A stretch of DNA of 64,000 bases from Candidatus Forterrea multitransposorum CG_2015-17_Forterrea_25_41. GTDB lineage: Archaea > Iainarchaeota > Iainarchaeia > Iainarchaeales > CSSED10-239. The stretch spans positions 32,001 to 96,000 of the forward strand of contig CP045477.1 in assembly GCA_009392915.1 (NCBI GenBank), in the 5' to 3' direction. Positions 58,332 through 64,000 of this stretch are shown one piece after another. Both the position numbers and the translations under genes were made by a program. The stretch's first letter is position 1. Every line of letters begins with the position of its first letter. Below the pieces are notes generated by a model. It saw nothing but the letters and a program-made list of their open reading frames with translations. It made no database searches and had not been told where the DNA came from.

Positions 58332-59659
58332 GTTTTTATGCTGTAGCACAAAAATTACTTCCATCAGTTAAAGATCCAACAAAATCTTTAACCATTAAAG
58401 ATAAATTAATTTGGACAGCAATTGTTTTAGTTGTCTTTTTTATTTTAGGTACTGTAATGCTTATTGGTATAAACCAAGCTCAGTTACCTCAACTTGAATA
58501 TTTACAAATGATCTTAGCAAGTCAAATAGGATCTTTAATAACATTGGGAATTGGTCCAATTGTTCTTGCATCTATTATTTTGCAATTACTTGCAGGAGTA
58601 AAAATAATTAATTTAGATTTTTCAAATCCTCAAGATAGAGCAAAATTTAGTATTTTACAAAAAATATCTTCAGTTGCTCTTGCAATTGTTGAATCAATCG
58701 TTGCTGTTAAGATTGGTTTTTTAGTTCCAATGCCAGGAATGGGCTTTATTGTGGCTCTTCAGGTTGTAATTGGTTCAATAATTATTTTATATTTAGATGA
58801 AGTGGTATCAAAGTATGGAATTGGTTCTGGAATAGGACTTTTCATTGCTGCTGGAGTTTCACAAACAATTATTTGGAGAATTTTTTCACCTCCTTTAGCA
58901 GGTTCCACTGGTGGCCTTATTTTTATGGCTATTGATTATATTTCTACAGGATCAATGCTTCAGTTATTGACTTCTGTTTTAATTCCATTATTAATGACTA
59001 TTATAGTATTTTTACTAGTAGTTTATGTGGAGGGTATGCATGTAAACATTCCATTAACTGTTGGAAGAAGTGGGATGGGTGCTAAGTATCCTGTGAAACT
59101 ATTGTATGTTTCTGTAATGCCAGTAATTTTTGCATCAACGTTATTTGCAAATTTTAATCTTTTAGTAAATGTTGCAAAAAATACTTCTCTTGAAAACATA
59201 ATGTTTAAGATTGGAGCTGTATTAACTCCTCAATATCAATTGCTTGAAAACGCTATATTAGGTGGTGCAACTGCTACTATGTGGCTAAATGCTTTAATAT
59301 ACATGGTGTTATTTGTATTAACTTGTGTCATCTTTGGTAAATTCTGGGTAATGGTTGGAGGACAAGATGCAAATTCAGTTGCAAGACAACTTCAAAATTC
59401 TGGAATGTCAATTCCTGGTTTTAGAAGAGATGAAAGAGTTTTAGCAACTGTATTAAATAGATATATACCAACAATTACAATTCTTGGTTCTATATTTGTT
59501 GGACTCTTAGCATTTGTTTCTGATCTTACAGGTGCCATTGGTTCTGGAACAGGAATATTATTAACCGTTGGAGTAATTTACAAGATCTATGAAGTTCTTG
59601 CAAAAGATCAAGTATTCCAAAATAGTGCGCTTTTAAAACAAGTAGCAGGTAGGAAATAA
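58328..59659 (+). CDS. secY: Preprotein translocase subunit SecY
   Basis: 443 aa, 10 TM helices, in its conserved position after L15. Confidence 0.9.
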   Translation: MSFYAVAQKLLPSVKDPTKSLTIKDKLIWTAIVLVVFFILGTVMLIGINQAQLPQLEYLQMILASQIGSLITLGIGPIVLASIILQLLAGVKIINLDFSNPQDRAKFSILQKISSVALAIVESIVAVKIGFLVPMPGMGFIVALQVVIGSIIILYLDEVVSKYGIGSGIGLFIAAGVSQTIIWRIFSPPLAGSTGGLIFMAIDYISTGSMLQLLTSVLIPLLMTIIVFLLVVYVEGMHVNIPLTVGRSGMGAKYPVKLLYVSVMPVIFASTLFANFNLLVNVAKNTSLENIMFKIGAVLTPQYQLLENAILGGATATMWLNALIYMVLFVLTCVIFGKFWVMVGGQDANSVARQLQNSGMSIPGFRRDERVLATVLNRYIPTITILGSIFVGLLAFVSDLTGAIGSGTGILLTVGVIYKIYEVLAKDQVFQNSALLKQVAGRK

Positions 59660-59681
59660 ATTTTAAAGAGGTTTTTAATAA

Positions 59682-60137
59682 ATGTTTGAAGCACCATTAA
59701 TAAGTTATTGGGTTGATATTATAATAATATCATTAGTTTTTGCTTTATCAAGTAAATTAATTCAACATTTTACAATAAACCCAAAAGATTATTTTTATAT
59801 TAAATTAAAAAGTAAACAAATAAACAAAGAAATGAAAGAACTTTCAAAAGTTCAAGATATGCAAGGTGTTAAAAATAAACAAAAAGAAGCTTTTTCAATG
59901 GTTGGAAAACAATTTAAGCTTCAACAAAAATCAATGATTGTAATGCTTTTAATTGCATTCCCTTTATTATGGGTTGTAAATAAATTTTATGCAGTTCCTT
60001 ATGATTTTATTTTATTTTCAGTAAAAACAGGGTTCTGGGCTTATGTTATTATTGGTATTGTTTTATCATTTATAATAAGTAATATTTATGATAAACAAAT
60101 GGTTAAAAGATATTACCCAAGTGGTAAATTAGATTAA
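59682..60137 (+). CDS. Small membrane protein, candidate DUF106/Oxa1-superfamily (archaeal YidC-like) protein
   Basis: Three hydrophobic helices with a charged coiled stretch between TM1 and TM2. It sits in the slot downstream of secY where many archaea encode adk followed by a DUF106 membrane protein. Confidence 0.35.
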   Translation: MFEAPLISYWVDIIIISLVFALSSKLIQHFTINPKDYFYIKLKSKQINKEMKELSKVQDMQGVKNKQKEAFSMVGKQFKLQQKSMIVMLLIAFPLLWVVNKFYAVPYDFILFSVKTGFWAYVIIGIVLSFIISNIYDKQMVKRYYPSGKLD

Positions 60138-60164
60138 TATTTTAAAAAAAAAGGTGAATTAATT

Positions 60165-60506
60165 ATGCCAAACTTTAATGAAAAATTTAAAAAACATAAA
60201 ACAATAAAAACTCCAAGTGGTAAAAAAACAAGACATATTTTAAAAAAGAAGCCAGGTAAACATATTTGTGCAATTTCACAAAAACCTCTTCAAGGTATGC
60301 CACACGGAAAAAGAGCTTTTGAAGTTGCAAGACTTACAAAGACACAAAGAAGACCAGAAAATTTACTTGCATCTATGATTTCTCCAGATGTAAGAAAAGA
60401 CATCTATCTTCAAGCTGTTATGCTTAAATATAATGTAATAACAATGGATGATGTTGATTTAAGATATTTAAAATATATCGAAATGATTAAAAACAAAATT
60501 GAATAG
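60165..60506 (+). CDS. rpl34e: Ribosomal protein L34e
   Basis: KTPSGKKTRHILKKKPGKHICAISQKPLQGMPHG. Confidence 0.8.
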   Translation: MPNFNEKFKKHKTIKTPSGKKTRHILKKKPGKHICAISQKPLQGMPHGKRAFEVARLTKTQRRPENLLASMISPDVRKDIYLQAVMLKYNVITMDDVDLRYLKYIEMIKNKIE

Positions 60507-60533
60507 TAATATATATATAATGAGTGATTTTTT

Positions 60534-60689
60534 ATGGGTGTTTTGAAAGTAGGAACTGAATGTATAATAATTCAGGGAAGAGATTTTGGTAAAAAAATTA
60601 AAATTGAAAAAGTTGTAAAGAATGATGTTTTTTACAAAAATAAAGACAAAGAGGTAAAACTGAGTATATTTCACGTTTTTCCAATATAA
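60534..60689 (+). CDS. rpl14e: Ribosomal protein L14e-like KOW protein (miniaturised, 51 aa; not in the supplied track)
   Basis: Hand translation: MGVLKVGTECIIIQGRDFGKKIKIEKVVKNDVFYKNKDKEVKLSIFHVFPI. It has a KOW-like GRDFGKK motif, and the L34e-(cmk)-L14e neighbourhood is conserved in archaea. Confidence 0.45.
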   Translation: MGVLKVGTECIIIQGRDFGKKIKIEKVVKNDVFYKNKDKEVKLSIFHVFPI

Positions 60690-60701
60690 ATTTATAAATG
60701 A

Positions 60702-61343
60702 GTGTTAAATATGGCTAAAGCAAAGAAAAAAGATAGTGGAAATTCTAAAGGTGGAAAAGGAAATTCCAAAAATAAAAAACCACAGAAACAACAAAAAGGG
60801 AAAGAAAATTTTGGTGTTAAAGTTGCAACAAGAACTGAAAGAGTTGCAAATCAACCAACAAGAAAAGCTCCTTCACACTTTGATGCTTCTAAAGAAACTA
60901 AAGACTTTAGACATGTTGTAAGAATAAGTGGAAGAGATGTTCCTGGTTTTATGTCTTTAAAAGACGGACTTGTTTTTGTATATGGTATTGGAAAAAGAGT
61001 TTCTGGTGCTATTGAAAGTGTTTTCTTTAATAAAACTGATAGATATATTAAAAAAGTTGGATATTTAAATGAAAAAGATATTGAAATGATTGAAAACATT
61101 ATTTCAAATTTAGATAAAGAAATTCCTACATGGCTTTTAAATAGATCAAGAACAATGGATGGTCAAACAAAACATTTAATTATGGCTGACTTAAGACTTG
61201 AAAATAGAAAAGATTTCCAAAGACTTGGAAAAATTAAAAGTTATAGAGGACTAAGACTTCAATGGGGACTTACTGTTAGAGGACAAAAAACAAAATCTTC
61301 TTTTAGAAAAAGTGGTGCTGTTGGTGTTACTAAAAAGAAATAG
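60702..61343 (+). CDS. rps13: Ribosomal protein S13 with a ~60-aa lysine-rich N-terminal extension
   Basis: Core HVVRISGRDVPGFMSLKDGLVFVYGIGKRVSGAIE. It is preceded by MAKAKKKDSGNSKGGKGNSKNKKPQKQQKG.... Confidence 0.8.
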   Translation: MLNMAKAKKKDSGNSKGGKGNSKNKKPQKQQKGKENFGVKVATRTERVANQPTRKAPSHFDASKETKDFRHVVRISGRDVPGFMSLKDGLVFVYGIGKRVSGAIESVFFNKTDRYIKKVGYLNEKDIEMIENIISNLDKEIPTWLLNRSRTMDGQTKHLIMADLRLENRKDFQRLGKIKSYRGLRLQWGLTVRGQKTKSSFRKSGAVGVTKKK

Positions 61344-61365
61344 TATTATTAAGATGTGATTAATT

Positions 61366-61938
61366 ATGGGTGACCCAAAAAGATTAAATAGAAAATATGA
61401 TGTTCCAAAAATGAAATGGAATAAATTAAAAATCAGAACAGATAAACAAATTACAGAAGAGTATGGTCTTAGACGTAAAAAAGAAATCTGGAAAGCTGAA
61501 ACTGAAGTTAGAAACTTTAGAAAGAGAGCAAGACTTTTACTTGCTGGAAGAGTTGATGACTACAGTACAAGAAAAGATGAACTTTTAAATAAACTTGTAA
61601 AAATGGGTATTTTTACAAAAGAACATAAAGTTGAAGATGTTTTAAAACTTAATTTAACAGATTATTTGGACAGAAGACTTCAAACTTTAGTCTTTAAAAA
61701 AGGCCTTGCATTAAGCCCAAATCAAGCAAGACAATTAATTACTCACGGTCATATTGCAATAAATGGAAAGGTTAGAAAAATTCCTGGATCAATTATTTAT
61801 GCAGATGAATCTGTATCATACAGTAATTCTCAAATCAAAGATATGATTGAAAAAATGCTTGAGAAAAAAGGAAAACCTGCAACTTCAACTAAAGAAGAAA
61901 AGAAAGAAGAAGTAGCAGTTGAAGAGAATAAGGAGTGA
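61366..61938 (+). CDS. rps4: Ribosomal protein S4
   Basis: MGDPKRLNRKYDVPK... Confidence 0.9.
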   Translation: MGDPKRLNRKYDVPKMKWNKLKIRTDKQITEEYGLRRKKEIWKAETEVRNFRKRARLLLAGRVDDYSTRKDELLNKLVKMGIFTKEHKVEDVLKLNLTDYLDRRLQTLVFKKGLALSPNQARQLITHGHIAINGKVRKIPGSIIYADESVSYSNSQIKDMIEKMLEKKGKPATSTKEEKKEEVAVEENKE

Positions 61939-61944
61939 AGATAA

Positions 61945-62331
61945 ATGGTATCAACTGAAAAGATCGGGATTGTAAATATTTTTGCATCTAGAAATAATAC
62001 TATTATGGTATTAACAGATGAAACTGGAGCAGAAATTATTGCAAAAACATCAGGTGGACAATTAACAAAGTCTCAACATAAAGAAGGCTCTCCTTATATC
62101 GCTATGAAAATGTCTCAAATTATTGCTGAAAAAGCAAAAGAAAGAGGAATTAAAGAAGTTCATGTTAAGATAAGAGCTCCAGGTGGAAATCTTTATTATA
62201 ATCCTGGACAAGGTGCTGAACCTTCTATTAAATCATTAACAAGACATGGTTTGAGAATATTAAGTATTTTAAACACTACACCTGTCCCTCATGATGGATG
62301 TAGAAAGAAAAAATCTCATAGAAGAGATTAG
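61945..62331 (+). CDS. rps11: Ribosomal protein S11
   Basis: Operon position; S11 pattern. Confidence 0.9.
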   Translation: MVSTEKIGIVNIFASRNNTIMVLTDETGAEIIAKTSGGQLTKSQHKEGSPYIAMKMSQIIAEKAKERGIKEVHVKIRAPGGNLYYNPGQGAEPSIKSLTRHGLRILSILNTTPVPHDGCRKKKSHRRD

Positions 62332-62371
62332 ATTTTTCTTAAATTTATAAAAAAGAAGAAGTGATAAAGTT

Positions 62372-63109
62372 ATGGTGAAGGTAAAATTTTTAGAAAAAGA
62401 ACATAATGTATCTAAGTATTTAATTGAGAATACAGATCATATTACATTAAATACTATTAGAAGAACAATTAGTTATTATCTTCCAACCTATGCTATAGAT
62501 GAAATTGATTTTTATGAAAATAATTCTGTAATGATTGATGAAATGCTTGCAAATAGAATAGGACTTTCACCTGTAAAAACACCAGTTGTAACTACTGGAA
62601 AAAAGGTCACTTTTAATTTAGAAGTTGAAGGACCAAAAACAGTATATACAAGTGAATTAGTTTCAAATGATTCTGAAATTAAAATGGTGTATGATACAAT
62701 TGCACTTACAAAACTTAACGAACATGAAACAATTAAGCTTACAGCTTATGCAACACTTGGTCAAGGAAAAGATCATGTTAAGTATATGCCAGCAATTGTT
62801 TCTTATGCACAATTATATGATCTTGAAATTTCAAGAGGTTGTGAAGAGTGTAAAGCAGTTTTTGAAAAAGCTTCTAAAAATGCTATAAAATCTGAATCTT
62901 CAAAAAATATTATAATTAATCCTGAAGATTATGATTATTGTGTTGGTCAAGCTGAAGCTTGTGAAAAAAAGTGTTTAAAAATTAATCCTATCAATAGTTA
63001 TATATTATCTGTTGAAACAATTGGTCAAATGACTGCGAAAGAAGTTTTTATTTTAACTGAGAGATATTTAAAAGAATATGTTTCAATCTTAAAAAAGAAA
63101 CTTAAATAA
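62372..63109 (+). CDS. rpoD: DNA-directed RNA polymerase subunit D (Rpo3) with a Cys4 cluster domain
   Basis: Position after S11. Cys cluster CEECK...C...C. Confidence 0.8.
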   Translation: MVKVKFLEKEHNVSKYLIENTDHITLNTIRRTISYYLPTYAIDEIDFYENNSVMIDEMLANRIGLSPVKTPVVTTGKKVTFNLEVEGPKTVYTSELVSNDSEIKMVYDTIALTKLNEHETIKLTAYATLGQGKDHVKYMPAIVSYAQLYDLEISRGCEECKAVFEKASKNAIKSESSKNIIINPEDYDYCVGQAEACEKKCLKINPINSYILSVETIGQMTAKEVFILTERYLKEYVSILKKKLK

Positions 63110-63128
63110 AAAAAGTTGTTAAAAAAAA

Positions 63129-63210
63129 GCAGGGGTTCCCGAGTGGTCAAAGGGGCAGGACTTAAGATCCTGTGCTTAGTGCTTCGCAGGTTCGAATCCT
63201 GTCCCCTGCA
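63129..63210 (+). tRNA. tRNA-Leu (anticodon UAA), class II
   Basis: Acceptor GCAGGGG/CCCCUGC; anticodon stem CAGGA/UCCUG with loop CUUAAGA; long variable arm; T-arm GGUUCGAAUCC. Confidence 0.8.
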
Positions 63211-63252
63211 TTTAATATTTATATAAAAAAAAAGAAATAAAGGTGTCACATT

Positions 63253-63615
63253 ATGGCAGTTAAAAAAGATTTAATGAATTTAGAAAAAAAACAAACTTTA
63301 GACAATCTATACAGTGTTTACAAATCAAGTAAGAAAGAGATTTATAAAAAAGTAGCTTCAATGCTAGAATCTTCAAGAAGAAATATGATTTCTGTAAATT
63401 TATCAAAACTTGAAAAATTAAATAATGTTATAGAAGGTTCAATTGTAATTGTTCCTGGAAAAATTTTAGGTGTTGGAAACTTAGAAAAAAAAATAACAGT
63501 TTATGCATATAGCTTTTCAAAAAGTGCAAAAGAAAAATTAGCTAAAAATGCAAAAACTTTTGATGATTTTACAAAAGATAAAATTGATTTTAAAAAATGT
63601 GTTATAATTAAATAA
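63253..63615 (+). CDS. rpl18e: Ribosomal protein L18e
   Basis: Position after rpoD and the tRNA; L18e pattern. Confidence 0.8.
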   Translation: MAVKKDLMNLEKKQTLDNLYSVYKSSKKEIYKKVASMLESSRRNMISVNLSKLEKLNNVIEGSIVIVPGKILGVGNLEKKITVYAYSFSKSAKEKLAKNAKTFDDFTKDKIDFKKCVIIK

Positions 63616-63644
63616 TTTTTTTTAAATATTTGTGGTGAATGAAA

Positions 63645-64000
63645 ATGATTGTAATAAATGGTGAAAATAAAGTTTTTGGAAGACTTTCAAGTGAAATTGC
63701 TGAAAAACTTTTAAAATACAATGAAAAAGTTGTAGTTGTTAATGCAAGAAAAGTAATAATTAGTGGAAACTATGAAAGTATCTTTGAAAGATTTTTTGAA
63801 AGAACAGAAAGGGGAGGAAAAGGTAATCCTAGAAACAACCCTAAATACCCTAGATATCCTGATAGATTAATTAAAAGAGGAGTTAGAGGTATGCTTCCAA
63901 GAAATCCTAGAGGAGCACTTGTTTTAAAAAATTTAATTGTACATATTGATGTTCCAGAAAATTTTAATAAAGAAATTCCTGCTTCTGTTAAATTAAAAAA
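63645..64000 (+). CDS. rpl13: Ribosomal protein L13 (3' end lies outside the window)
   Basis: MIVINGENKVFGRLSSEIAEKLL... The ORF is open to the window end. Confidence 0.8.
   Translation, partial: MIVINGENKVFGRLSSEIAEKLLKYNEKVVVVNARKVIISGNYESIFERFFERTERGGKGNPRNNPKYPRYPDRLIKRGVRGMLPRNPRGALVLKNLIVHIDVPENFNKEIPASVKLK

Noticed and set aside
63025-63249. 74-aa minus-strand ORF
   Set aside because: It overlaps the tRNA-Leu gene and the 3' end of rpoD. Spurious.
1-64000. Mobile elements, transposases or integrases
   Set aside because: No ORF shows DDE, tyrosine-recombinase or serine-recombinase signatures, and no terminal inverted repeats were noticed. Apart from the surface-protein loci, the window looks like core genome.

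Overview
This is a very AT-rich window (about 27-30% GC by eye) that reads as archaeal, with gene content and reduced protein sizes reminiscent of DPANN-type small-genome archaea; the lineage call is inference. Coding density is high on both strands. The right half (46.5-64 kb) is the canonical archaeal ribosomal-protein superoperon: L3-L4-L23-L2-S19-L22-S3-L29-SUI1-Rpp29-S17-L14-L24-S4e-L5-S14-S8-L6-L32e-L19e-L18-S5-L30-L15-SecY-(DUF106-like)-L34e-L14e-S13-S4-S11-RpoD-tRNA-Leu-L18e-L13. Adenylate kinase and cytidylate kinase are notably absent from it. Other recognisable blocks:
- proteasome beta (partial), aCPSF1 and a P-loop kinase;
- CCA-adding enzyme, three tRNA-Ser genes interleaved with a Trbp111-like tRNA-binding protein, and TrpRS;
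- the L21e-RpoF-DUF655-KsgA cluster;
- TBP, a stand-alone 5S rRNA, and the N-glycosylation genes aglB, a GlcNAc-1-P transferase and a UbiA-family gene;
- thioredoxin and AMP phosphorylase; enolase; L1-P0-L12;
- a split Hef (helicase and ERCC4 nuclease on separate genes); S8e; an archaeosortase-like gene.
The accessory or unusual loci are:
- a 1003-aa DUF87/HerA-like ATPase with a poly-acidic N-terminus carrying a near-perfect 15-bp tandem repeat;
- a pilin-N (class III signal peptide) Kelch-repeat surface protein;
- a NYN / DUF4388-like / roadblock-like / MinD / Sm cluster;
- a tyrosine-rich small secreted protein followed by a 1047-aa surface protein, just downstream of the archaeosortase-like gene.
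I see no CRISPR array and no obvious transposase.
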